From Adineta vaga (taxonomy: Eukaryota > Animalia > Rotifera), in NCBI GenBank assembly GCA_021613535.1, contig CP075497.1, forward strand, positions 2,914,001-2,978,000: a DNA stretch of 64,000 bases. Direction: 5' to 3'. The translations under genes and the position numbers were made by a program. Within the stretch, counting starts at the first letter, position 1. Each line of letters opens with the position of its first letter. The notes under the pieces are model-generated. The model was not told the origin of the DNA. It saw only the letters and a list, made by a program, of their open reading frames with translations, and made no database searches. This document shows positions 13,141 through 26,400 of this stretch, piece by piece.

Positions 13141-14379
13141 GTTGAATGATAGAGAAATGATGTTTTTTCACTTCTATATATATATATAGTGACTTTTTCT
13201 CTCTTTCGTTTCTGATGATGTGACAAAAGTGCGGTCATTCATTGATTTCTTTTTTATATTCTTGATCTTTAGAGAGATGAATGAGGTGCTGATCTCCACT
13301 TCTCTGATGTTGAAAGAAGTCGAACACGCCTTCAAGTCAACTGACTAGCAATCAAGCGTAAACAGAAAGAAAGAAAAAGCATCGATTTGATACGATTATC
13401 GTCGTTTGACATGCGTGATTCGTTTGTCTACAGAATGAGCGCGCTTTTCTTTCAAAGATGAATTGTTTATTTGATTGATTGTGCAAACGATGGTGTTCTA
13501 AGCTTTTGACAAATAGTTCAATTGAACTTGAAATCGTCATACGAAAGAGATGATTAGAAGGAAAGAGAAAAGAACACAAGATGACAGCTGACGAGCGTGA
13601 TAATTCATTAAGAAAAAATATGTGCCACCTACATCGTCTCCTCCTCCCCTCTTCTCTTCTCTAGTTCTAATCGGTGATCATTTTCACTTCACTTCAAACA
13701 GAATATGTACTAAACAAATTAGCAAGAAGAAAAAAAAAGATAAAGTACGAAAATTGCTTGTAAATGTAGGAATTAACAAGAAAAGATCAAACAGTCATAA
13801 ACATCGAAGAAAAATTCGTTATCAAACGAGCTAGCAAGATTTTATGTTAAGATATGAAAGTTTTTTCAAATGAACAATACACTTCGGTAGTTTTGATGAA
13901 GTCATATAGTTTCTACTGTTTTAATAATAAAACTGATTTCTATTATTTATTTTGTGATCATCTATTTATAATAGAAAAGTCAATTATTTCACAAAACATT
14001 TTCGAATGAAATAAGTGTGAAAGAAAAGCTTTTTCAAGACATCACATGAGTAATGAAAGAAGACATAAATCGTAATTAAAAGTGCTGAATACATTAGTAC
14101 AGACACCGAAAACTCAGAGTTCATTGAGTAGATCAAACGAAAGTTTTCAAGATACACATAATTTCTTATCATATTTTCGAATTGAACGAAAAAGATTGAA
14201 TCCTACTACGGTTTAACATTTGATAGTCTTTCCATTCTGTTAAAAAATTATATTTTAGAAATGACATAAATGTTCTTTTTGTCTATTGAAATTGTCATCT
14301 TAAAAATAGCTTTCCGAACCTATACTACACGCCCTTTCCTTCTCTATCGTCATCAGTCGTTTTAAGAATTGTTCTGAGA

Positions 14380-15333
14380 ATGTCATCTAACATAACTGCA
14401 GTACTTTCTGATATACCTGGTGGATTATATATAGTTGTCGTTGGCTATTCTCTATCCACTATTCTTTCAACTTGTATTTGTATAATCATCATTGGTTTGA
14501 TATCTATTACACGAAATCTTCGTTCTCCAACAAATTTACTTATATCAAATACATGTCTATGTACTTTATTTTTCTCTACTATTGCAACTTGCAATACAAT
14601 TTTATATTATATAAATTGGCTTACTACGGATTGGTCATGTCGCGTTCAAGGATATTTAACTTATGTATCCATCTGTTTAGTTGTATATTCTTATGTTATT
14701 CAAACAATATCTCGTTTATCTTTGACAGTTTTCTATCAATATAGATGTCTCTTAACTCTCAAATTTCATACGTATATGATTCTTGTTCAAATTTTATTTT
14801 CATTTCTTTTTCCATTATCAACTCTCATCACTACACATATTGTTTATCGTCCGTTCAGGTTATGTCTCGTTCCAAGTCAATATAAAATTCATACTTTCTC
14901 TCTTATTGGTATTGTTTATATAGTACCGATTTTAATTGTTTGCGTTCTTTATATTATCATCTATCGACATACAAGAAACTCATCACAGAAAGTTCATCGA
15001 TCAACAAAAATTTCCAAACGTGATGCAGAATTAGCTCGCAATATTATTATACTTTTCGCTATCTTTATATTTAGTGGTGTTCCAGCTTCTCTTTACACCA
15101 TTATATCAACTAGTACTCCAACAATGTCAACTGGTTTTTATTTTTTTTCTATCATGACACCACCAATTTCGTTAGTGATTGAAAAAATTGTAACCATCAT
15201 ACTCAGTAGAGAAATACGAAACACATTCAAGCAGCGATGGATAACTTGTTTATCAGTTTCTACACGTGTTGAACATTTCTCATCATCAAATGCTAAAAAC
15301 AATAATAAAATGAATCTAACAGACAAGCAGTAG
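14380..15333 (+). CDS. Intronless rhodopsin-like 7TM receptor (lineage-expanded type)
   Basis: 317 aa, seven hydrophobic segments, LRSPTNLLISN, CRVQGYL and degenerate DRY (ISRL). Confidence 0.9.
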   Translation: MSSNITAVLSDIPGGLYIVVVGYSLSTILSTCICIIIIGLISITRNLRSPTNLLISNTCLCTLFFSTIATCNTILYYINWLTTDWSCRVQGYLTYVSICLVVYSYVIQTISRLSLTVFYQYRCLLTLKFHTYMILVQILFSFLFPLSTLITTHIVYRPFRLCLVPSQYKIHTFSLIGIVYIVPILIVCVLYIIIYRHTRNSSQKVHRSTKISKRDAELARNIIILFAIFIFSGVPASLYTIISTSTPTMSTGFYFFSIMTPPISLVIEKIVTIILSREIRNTFKQRWITCLSVSTRVEHFSSSNAKNNNKMNLTDKQ

Positions 15334-16299
15334 ATATCATGAAGTTATTGATGAGAGTGACTTTTGTATTCATACAAGAATTACACCAATCTTTCGAAAA
15401 TTTCAATGTTTTTTTTTTCAGAATAAATTACTTGGCATAATAAATGTAATCTATAAGAAAAGATTTGATTAATGCGAATTCTGACCTAATTTACACTATT
15501 ATTCACACTTATGAAAAGATGAATAGAACATCAGAATACAAGCTAATCTTTGACACTTTTTCAAAACATTATAGATAACACATTTTTGTTGTGAAATATT
15601 CAAGTGTTAAGAATAATAAACAATAAAACAATTGATTGACTAATTACGTGTAAAAGTCTTTAAACTTTATATATGTCACATCTGTTGTGTTTAATTAGCA
15701 GATGACATTAATCATATCTTTTGGATCATTGAATAAGATCTGTTGTGTGAAACTATGAAGCACTCACAAGACGTTCTTCTATTCTTGTGATTGTACTTAG
15801 AAATTGTTAATAAAGCAGAAAAAGAACGTTCTTACTTCACTAAATCGAGATAAATGTCTACTTGTCAATTTTCCAGTTCATTCATTTCTAGACGTGCATT
15901 TTTCGGGTAGGCCTAGAAAAGATTGAGATCCTTTTCTATGTAATGGATCAATTACTCTTTGACATTTTCGGTGAAATATAAACTTCGATCAGACACATGA
16001 CATTTTATATATTAATCTTAAAGATTTGACAATTTCATTCAAATGTTCTTATGATATTCGAACGAACTTAAGAGAGAATCTCTTTCAAATTGTATTCTTT
16101 TCTTTTATTAAACATCAATGATAAATATTCATGAATACAAACATATGTCATACAAGGTCAGAATTTTATTCATTCACTCTTGTTTTGTCTTTTTGAAAGG
16201 ATCACTGAAGAAGAAAGACGATTGAAATTATACAAACATCCATATATTTCATTTCTATTGAAACATAATAAATTCAACAGAAATTCAAATTTTTCTCGC

Positions 16300-16893
16300 T
16301 TAATAACGATTGATATCGAATAAACGTACACCATAAAAGATTGGAAATTTTGGAACAACAGCAAGTAACATGGTTGCTAGATTAATTATAAAATGTGTTT
16401 TGTCATATTTCGTATAAAAACTCGCAATGAAGAATCTAAAAAAGAAAATAATGAGATACAAAATATCATCTATTTATCTTCTAAACTTACAAAACAACTG
16501 GAAGAATTTGAAGAAATTTTCTTGTACCTGTCCATTGAACACCATTATCAATTTGTTCCCAAAATGTAAAACGACGTGCTAAACCTTGATCACTTGTTTC
16601 CCATGGAGCACCTTTTATTAAATGAAACAGATAAAAACTACACTAGAAAAAAAACAATCAGAATATTTAAATTTATTTCTCTATCGAAAAAAAAGAAATA
16701 GAAATCTTGTATTACATACAATATTATGAATAGTTGTTGTCAATGTCCATGCGACTGATGTCGTGATATAAGGTATACTAAGAAGAATAAAGTGTAGGAC
16801 AAAAACAAGAATTATATATGTAAGCCAAACACCACGACTATTTAACCATGAACTGTTTGGATTTCGTTCACCTTGTGCTATACCAATATTCAT
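16300..16893 (-). CDS. ORMDL: ORM1-like sphingolipid synthesis regulator (3 exons)
   Basis: [13 protein letters not shown]...AWTLT...[11 protein letters not shown]...TFWEQID.G.QWT.TRKFL...[16 protein letters not shown]. Confidence 0.97.
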
Positions 16894-17502
16894 CGTTTTG
16901 TTCTAGAAGATAATTATTTTGCATCCTCATTCACTGTGTGGAAGGAAAAAAAAAGATGCATTTATTTACTTACTATTTCTGTAAAATATGTCTATACATG
17001 TGGATCTATAGCAAACAAACAATATGATAAAGCCTATCTCTCCGTTTTTTTTCTTTTATTAGTATTTTTCTCTCGTTGACGTGTCTCACTCGCTCGCCCA
17101 CAGAAAACGCAATAAATATATGATCGAATCAATAACGAACGAACGAAAGGCAAGAATATTGCTATTGCAGTCTCTAACATAAAAAAGATATGTTCTATAT
17201 ATAAAATCACTCATTATATCCTTAGAATTTGACTATTAAACTTCAATAAATAAAGAAAATAATCATTTTTCTATCACAGTTCTTTATTAAGACAAAATAT
17301 CATATATACAGACACGATTCAACTACTCATATAATCCCTTTTGGCATATAACCAGATGGCGTCCGCTGACATAGAAAATGTCTTAACAATTATACACTGT
17401 GAAATCATATTATATTTTCAATCATAGATCAGAGACAAAAACCAATGTGCAAATATTTTATTGTATTTCGCTAAACAGTTCATTTGATAGAAAAATTTGT
17501 AT

Positions 17503-18248
17503 TTAACCAGATAATGGCCTACGACGTTTCTGATCTTTTCGAATACGATTATAATAACGAACACGATTACGAGGTCGATAAAGAGGATTTCGACGACGAA
17601 CTGGTCGTGAACCACATAATATATTTCCACAAAATCTTCCACATGTTACATCGGCATTAGGTAATTTACAATCTTCAGGAAATTTTAAAAAACTACAAAT
17701 TGGTTGATAACAAACATCTAGAATAATCAATAGGAAATCTTCTATTTATTGATCATTGTAAAACTTACTATTCAATAGAACTGTTGCTTCATAATTGCAA
17801 CTAAATATATTCAAGTCATATTATATACAATTGCAAATATACAAATAAACTTACTAAGGTTTATTACAAAAGATCCAAACAGAATTGCCTTGAATAATAA
17901 GTGAATTGGGTTTTTGTAAATTCATAAAACCCTGTTCCCATGAACATCCTCGATAGATTGTACTTTCATCATCACGATTAATACGTGTATAACATTGACC
18001 ATTACAAGGTGTTCCATCTCTTCTCAATGTTACATTAACATCAATACGACACAATGGATTTCGTGAATTACATTGATAACAATAACCAGAAACGGACGAA
18101 ACTTAAAATAAAAACAAAACAAATGAAAAGAATTCAAATCATATGTACAAAAGAATCTACTTTCATCAATAAATATGAAGAAAAATAATATGAAAATAAT
18201 GAGAAGAAGTTGAGTAATGTTTGTCCAAACGTTTATTGTTAAATTCAT
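17503..18248 (-). CDS. Secreted Cys-rich protein: Ly6/uPAR (three-finger)-like domain + ShK-like domain + Arg-rich tail (4 exons)
   Basis: Hydrophobic N-terminus; CYQCNS...RGC...FCNKPYCN; then a six-Cys module C-x4-C-x8-C-x8-C-x3-C-x4-C; basic C-terminus. Confidence 0.75.
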
Positions 18249-20499
18249 CTTCTAAAGAAAGTAAAACGAAGAATTATTGAACAAAGTTTCAAATAAATGT
18301 CGATGAGACGTTTGAAAAGAAAACCCTGAAATTTAAATCTTACACTTGTTGACGCCTTCATTTAACATCATTATCAATAGAAATCAATGAAAAACGTCTA
18401 GAAAGAATAGACAGATCAACTATAGCTAAGCATTAAACATTGATTGTAAACTTCAAATTAATCTTATCACATAAGAGAAAACATTACATTTCAATCCATA
18501 GACTTTTTTTGCATCTTCTAATTCAACTCTTTCATTAGAAAACATCAGTTAAAACAACAGATAACCTTGAAATAGAAAAGACTTTACAACATAATAACGT
18601 TTCAATCAATCAATACATCATTAGATTGTTTGTTGATGAATAGTTAATTCAAGAAAAGTATCCATTTATCTTTATCTTAAGTGTCAAGGTAGAGACTCAT
18701 TCATTAGCAGATCTTTTATTTCATTTCCAATTACTTTCATGGATAACTGATATGAGAAGAAAATGCTATTCATTGTCTTTCATGTTTAGTGATAATCTTC
18801 ATCGATGAGACTACCACCTTCTATTATCAGCTAGATTATCATGATATTTATAGGAAAGAAAAAGGTCAATAGAATTCGTTAATATACATCAATGGTTGCG
18901 ATCAGAACAAGTGAATGTTAGACACATCAGTAGAGAGAATATTGTTGAGAAGAGAAATAAATAATCAGTGCGATGGACAAATTAAAAGATTAACAAATAT
19001 GTCAACAACTACCATGACGATTTCTTCTACTTATTTAGTCGATGATACGAAAAAGTAAGAACTTATTTTTAATGAAAAGTGAATTGTAGAAACTATAGAA
19101 AATAACTCACAATAAGTTTGTACCGTACTGTCAATGAAGGACATCTAGAGGACGATGGATAATTTTTCGAGTAATAAAGAGAATATTTCGTATTGTAAGT
19201 TAGTTATAAAATAATTCATAAAATTTCTTTAAGTTAAACGAAATAGTATTGATATGATAAAAATGATATGAGGTCTAAGAAATTTCCTGATGTGAATCAA
19301 TGAAATTTTTCTCAGAATGCCGTCATGACGACATTTAGGTAAAAATTGGATTATTCTGGCATGTCGATGACGAGTAGCTGGTATGATCGTGACGATGATT
19401 GTTCTGTTTGCTTGTTTTCTTGTATTTTGATGTCGAATTATTTATGTGAGATGTTATTGATCAAATTCACGAGTATTTTCGTTTGGTTTTGTAATATTTG
19501 ACTAATGATGTCACTATTTTCTAGATTTTTTCCTTCTCTCTCATATTCGTATCATTTTATTATTATTATTATGACTCTTCTCATTTATGAGATTCTTCTT
19601 TTTAAGAGTACAGATTCTTTTGCATCTAGCTAATAAAAACAACGATTAAGCAGTTGCGTTTTAGCACCACTACTAGTACTACAACTATTAGTGCTTATCG
19701 TTTGCTCGTTCGTTCTTTCAATGCCGATGATAGGAGAATTGATTATTTGGTATTGTATGATGTTGATCGAACTGACGTTAAGAAGGAATAGAAAAGAGAA
19801 GAGGATAGGTTCTTTCTGCCATCGATCTTCATCAAGTCCTTCGTTTTTTTCTCTTCCTACATTTTTTCTCGTTTTTTCTCTCTATCTCCCTTCGTTTTTT
19901 TGCTACTTCTATCGATACTCTCTGCGAGAAATAAACAACAACAACATCAACAGAAACGACAATATTGAGGCAAAAAAGGCGAGCTAGAAGCATGCCGATT
20001 TTGTATTAGATTTATAACGAAGCTGAAGAATAGTGTAATTAGATAGACGACCATAAGCTGTCCAGTTGAAAGGAAAAAAACTGAAAGGTATTAAGTAGAA
20101 AAAAGATGACTTGTCAAGCACAACAAATTTAACAATGAGTGCGAGGGCGAGAAAAAAGAGCGAAAAAAATTGCCTTTTTCTTGCTCGATTCTCCTGTTTC
20201 TCGTCATAATTTTTTTTCTCTGTCGCGTTTTTCTCGCGTGTGCGTGTGTATAACTATTCAACGAATGTCTATGTGTCTTGTTTTCTTTATTCTCTTGAGG
20301 AATGTTTTACTTTTGTGCACCGTTTGATGATGATGATGATGAAGATAATGCCATTATGCACGTGCTTATCCTCTCACGTTTCACACAGATGCATTTATTT
20401 CTCGTTTTTTTCTTTCGTATTCTTCATTTTTTTTCTTTTTCTTTTTTTTACAATTTCTATCTCTCTTTTCAATGATCATTTTGTAGAACATAGTATAGA

Positions 20500-23400
20500 A
20501 TGAAAGACTCTGTGGCACCGCCTCCGCTACAGTATTCCTATTATTCACCAACCTATTCACATCACCAATACGGATCCCCAACATGGCATCAGTCACTCTC
20601 ATCTCCATCTCATCATTATGATCTATCGGCACCGTCCAGATCATCCTATCGATATCCACCTGCAACACACTATTATTCTCCACCTGTAAATGGCAGATCT
20701 CCTCCGTACCAATTCAACGGGTAAGATAAAACAACAAAAAAAAAAGACTAAACAATGTCAAATCTGCTTGCAATTAGAGCAATTTCAACTGTTGTTGTTG
20801 TTGTTGTTGCTTGTTTTGCTGGTAGTAGTACTACGACTGATGTTAGAATCTCTAAGAAACATATGGTTGTGTAGGCGTACAACCATAACCGAGGACAGAA
20901 GAGTCGGTGATGGTGGTGATGATTATGATTATTTTCTCCGTAATAAACTTGCTCGTTTTTCTATTCATTTAGTATTTGGATCTAACGTGTCATCAACTTA
21001 CCCGTAGATTATAGATGAGAAACGTTTATGTATATTGTCGCGTCGATATTAGGAAAAGAAATGACGTCGAACAGTAACATGATGATTGAGCAAGACATAG
21101 ACGTGTCATATGAGGGACATGAAAAAGCTGAACTTGAATAGACAGATAATCAAGACATTCCGATGTCTATATTTAAATACAAGGTTTTTTCATTAGACTT
21201 TCAATCATAATAGTCTCTTTTTCTTTTCTTTACTTTGCTTTTATTGACATATGATTTGATAAGTAAAATATAAACATGACAAAATATTGAGATTAATCAA
21301 TATACGTTTGACATCGATTGACATCCATCTTATTTCTAGCTATAATAGTCGTTCTTCTCTTGTTTAACTACTCACACACGGATCATCTTGTTCTTTTTTT
21401 TCGACAAAGACATAATCAAAAAGAATCAATCGATATGTTGCTCTTTGCCATATTTGTTCTTTTGTTTTTATGATTTGACTTTTTACTTCAATTCTATGTC
21501 TATATATCTATATTTGTCTATATGTAGTAATCGGAAACCTTTTCATTAATTTCAATTCGTTGTGACGCACGTACACATCAATAGCTCGTTGCACGGTCGA
21601 TTGTAGTTCAAATCCTAATTGAATCATAAAAAAAGAATGTCTGACTAACTTATAAACAAAAAAGAAGAAGAAGAAAGAAATAACCTTGAATGATAAATCA
21701 GAAAGAAAAGAGAAAAAACGTATGCTCCTGACTTGTGTAATATTAAAAGATGTTTAAACATCAGGGTCATCAATCTTCTACAGTCATAGCACATTTCTAT
21801 ATATCTTCATCAGTCTTTTGTTACATGAATATTCTTTTTGTTTAGTCAATATGTTGATGATAATGAAGATGGACAATCCGAAGATGGTGATGGATCCGAT
21901 TCACCAAAACCTTTCGATAGGTACATGTCTTATTTTTTCCTATTCTCTATTTTTCATAACATATTTTTAATTTTCTCTCCAGAAAAATGTTTATTGGCGG
22001 ACTTTCATGGCAAACGACACCAGGTAGGATTTCTTTTTCTTTTCAAATCAAACCAATAAAAATAATTTACCTTGATGTTTTGTAAATATATCCAAAGTTC
22101 AATTACTTTCATTTACATAATATTGGTATGACGAATGAATAGTAAAAAAGCTTTCATTTTCTCTGTCAATAGGTTTTCATCGATAGCCCTTCTGAGAGAT
22201 TATTAACGGCATATAAAATTTTGTTTTCGATCGTTATAGAAAAACAAATTTACGATATCAAAACAATAAACAAACATGTCGACATTCTTTGTCGATAGAA
22301 AAACTTAAGAGATAAACATTTTCATGCTCAGTTTTCTAATAAAACTATTTTATCATGTATGTTTCATATTCTCTCGAGACTTTTGAACACATAATGATGA
22401 ATGACGTTTGGTTAAATTCACAAGGGAATATTTGTTTTAGCTGATAATATAGAAAAGATTGCTTAAATATTTGTTTCTTCTCTTAGAAAATTTAAAAAAC
22501 TATTTTACTCAATTTGGTGAAGTATTAGAATGTATGATTATGAAAGATGCCATTACTAAACGTTCAAGGTATAAGAAAGCAATATTCAACTATTTTATTA
22601 TCGTTTTTTGTTTTCATTCTAGAGGTTTTGGTTTCATCACATTTAAAGATGCAAATTCAGTGGAAAATGTTCTAGCCAAAGATCATACGCTTGATGAAAA
22701 ACAGGTAGGTTTACAATGATTTAAACGTCAGTTTGACAAGCTTGATAGGAAATACTTGTATTACGAGATTTTGATTCAGCGACAACTTTTGTACTTGTAT
22801 AGTAAGATTCATCTGTTGTAAATGGAAACAATTCCGATGATTTTCGTTTGACTTTTAAAAGTGAATTATCAGTTTTATGTGGTGTAGGTAATGGAGAAAT
22901 TGACGATGAAGATGATGAGGATTGTTTTAGATAAGATTTTTTAAATAATTTACATGTATAACCAAGTGAACCAATAGAAAAGATAAGAAATAAAAGTAGA
23001 CTAATTAATCCAAGTACAAAATAAGGAATAAAACGTCGTTGAATTACTTCTGAATCATGATAATATGAATTATAAGCAAGAATCGATAGAAATATTGTCA
23101 CGAATAATGCAAGAAATGTAAATAAACTAAACATACAAGCAAAGCCAATATATTCATTTCGTATTGAAGTATTATAATGAAATGCAGAATTATCTTGCCA
23201 ATGTGAAGACGTTTGTTTTGACATGTGATTTGGTTGAATACCAATAGGAAACTAAATGAAAGCTTGTTTTTTATCTTCTGAACGTCGAGAGAATAAATTA
23301 CTTGGTACTTCTCCTTTTTTCCGTTTAATTAATGATGAAGAAAAGAGAAAGAAGGAAAGAATAGGTCGTTTTCTACTTATGTAGGAGAGGTTTATTAAAA

Positions 23401-26400
23401 GTAGACAGAGAAAGAAAAAATGAAGCAAAACCTTTTTCTTTTTCTCTATTTTTCTCAATTGACCGTTGCAGGAAATATGACTATTTGCTCGCAATGAATA
23501 TAGAACTAACTGCTTAGTTTTTCTCTTTTTCTTTAATTTATCATATACATCAAAGTTTTTCTTTTTCTCTTCTCTACATCATCTATAAATGAATGATGTT
23601 CCAATTTTTACGTCTTTCCACTTAGAAGAAATTTCAGAGAGACAATTCTCTTTTTCTGCTATACATATTCCTTGACGAGAATAAAAAAAGAAATAACAAC
23701 TATTTCTCGAACACTTAATGCAAATAGCGCTTGCGTTTCTTTGTTTCTTACATATATATCTAATCCTTCATCATCGGAATAAAAGAGCTCATAATTGAGA
23801 TATATTTATCTGGAAAACACACGCGTAATAGGCAAATAGGAAATGCGTGCAATGAGTTCAATAAGAAGAAAAATGAGCTTATGATAACTATGATGGAGAA
23901 GGAGCAAGAAGAAGCACAGTAACAGTATGAATAAAAACATATTCTCATTTGAACATGAAAAATGATCATGCTGACAGAAGCATGATTAGTGTGCGTGCAT
24001 GTCTTCGTGCTAATTTTATCTTGTTTCATTAAGCAGATGTCGTTGGACGATTTTGTCCATCGATTGGTATAGGTTCATCAGTCGTAAAAGCAGCATTATT
24101 GAAAACGATTACAGGTGTTGTTGTTCGTACTGTTGGTGGAGGTCGATTGTTTGGTTGCTTTAAATATTTTAAATTTCTTTGTTTTTTCGCACGAAAATAT
24201 TGAACTGCATAATAAGTTATCCAAATGAAGATCACGATTGATAAAACTAATATAATTGATGCACTGACAATAACCGGAGTTCGACTCTGTTGGTTACCTA
24301 ATGCTTGAGATTGTTCAGATGAAAGTGAAAACAGAACAACGGCAAGGATGAAAAATGATACAGATATACAATAGAAACAATTGATATGTCTTGTGCGTAA
24401 TGTTAGCTTTTCTTCTTTCACCATTTTTTTTTGTTATTAGGGTGTTGTTTTTACTACTTTACAGGAAATGAACTGAGAAACAAAAGTTTATTTAACAAAT
24501 TTTCCATTTTTTCTTAAATTTTTAACTGAAAGAAAAGAAAAAGAATTTTTTTCTTGTTTTTTCCAGTAGGCATACAACTTCTTTTTTAAAGTTGACAAAA
24601 ATATGAAACATTTTTTCCTCATGATAGAAGGTGCATTGCTTAAGGGTATACTTTTGACAAATATGATAAGATCAAAATATCAACAATAATCAATTGATCA
24701 ATTATCTGTTCTTCCTTTTCGATTTTATGAGAAAAGAGTACTTTCTCATTTGACTGTATCATACGGTTGATTAAATATGAAAAAGTTCAAATTATAGATC
24801 ATTAATCTTTTGTTATCAAGATGAATACGTAGAAAATAGTATTTATGTTTGATTTTTTTAATGGCTTCTAACGCAAAAGATGATTATCTTTCGTAAGATG
24901 ACTATCATGTCTATTTTTTGAAAGTTCTTTGCAAATATTTGGAGAATTAATCATAAGCTGAAAGAGAAATCTTCTTTAAAAATGAAAGAATAACTATCAT
25001 GAAATGATTAGTTGAAAGAGAAGGTTTAATCATTTTTTAACAATTATATGTGATGAATTGATCTTTATTTTTACTTTAGATCGATCCAAAGCCAGCCTAT
25101 CCACGTCAAAAACATCCGAAAGTAAGTGATCATTATTATTAGTTTTTTCTGTCTATATGTATGCATATCTGTGTGCAAATGATGACAGTTTTATATATAT
25201 TGTATACGTTAGTCTCATTGTCGGACGATGAAAAAGCATAGAAATAAAAAAAGAAATGAGACTATTATTTGCTGGAATCAATAGGATAGACTACTAAGAA
25301 AAATGACAGCAATAGTAGATCATTTGCGAGAGCGTGTGTGTGCATCCGGTTTCTTTTCCTCTCTCTCTCTCTCGCTCGCTCCCCCGTTCGGATGTTCGTA
25401 AGATGACTAAAGACTATTCGATTTTGCTTAGGTTGAGAGAAATAGAGAAAGATATAACAACAAAAAGAAGAAGCAAAAGAAGAAATAGAGAGGAGAAAAC
25501 AAACACAGTCTATAGTCTTCATCAACATCTTTTCTCCTAGTGTCGTTCTGAGAGAAAAGATTTTCGAAAGTAATCATAAAGAAAGAAAAATAGAGAACGA
25601 GAAAATGAAATAGAACGTTTTATAGCTGTTCCTTCTTCTTGACGACATCGTATACATTCACTTCGTTCTGCTGATGATTATTCTTCATTGATGACAACAA
25701 GATAGAAAGAATTGATGGTTAACCAAGATGCAGTCGGAGCAAAAGAAAAAGATCTAACTATCTATTCTCAAGTGACGAAATCCGTTCTGCCTTTTTGATT
25801 TATTTTTTTCTCGTCGTTCTTCATGTGTCTATACGCGTGTATTTAACACTAGTTTTTTATTCGAACAAATCTTCTTTCCTTATTCACATCTTATTCTTTT
25901 GTCACATCAATTGACACAATGAACAACAGTAACACTAATGGCAGCAATACATTAGTTTTATATGATAATATTGCTACTCAAGATCTTCTTAGTAAAGCAA
26001 AGGTATGCATTCTATTGATGTCTTATTCATTCTTCTGAGTTAAAAGAAAGGAAAGGTTGCGCGGCAAGATCAGAATAATTTTACATAATACTAGTCGTGC
26101 ATACAGTGATTATCCTTATCAAAAAGGATATTTAGTCGTTTGTCGATGCCTGATTTCTTTCCACACCGTCGGCAACAATAACAACAAAGGAAAAGAAGAC
26201 GAGGGTAATATAACGAGCTGTGAGCGGTGTATACATGTATATACGTAGATGCAAACGTAAGAGAAGGAGAGAGACGAGACCGATTTAATTAAAGGATTGA
26301 TTGCACCAGCACAACAACATTCTTTTCCGTTCTATCAACACAATTCTCACGAAGTATGACGAAGATAGAGTAACAAGTGTGGAAGACAAACAGTATCTAG

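Noticed and set aside
18300-20490. Long gene-free stretch as a hidden gene or ncRNA
   Set aside because: No spliceable ORF or structure recognised; consistent with Musashi upstream regulatory DNA and 5' UTR.
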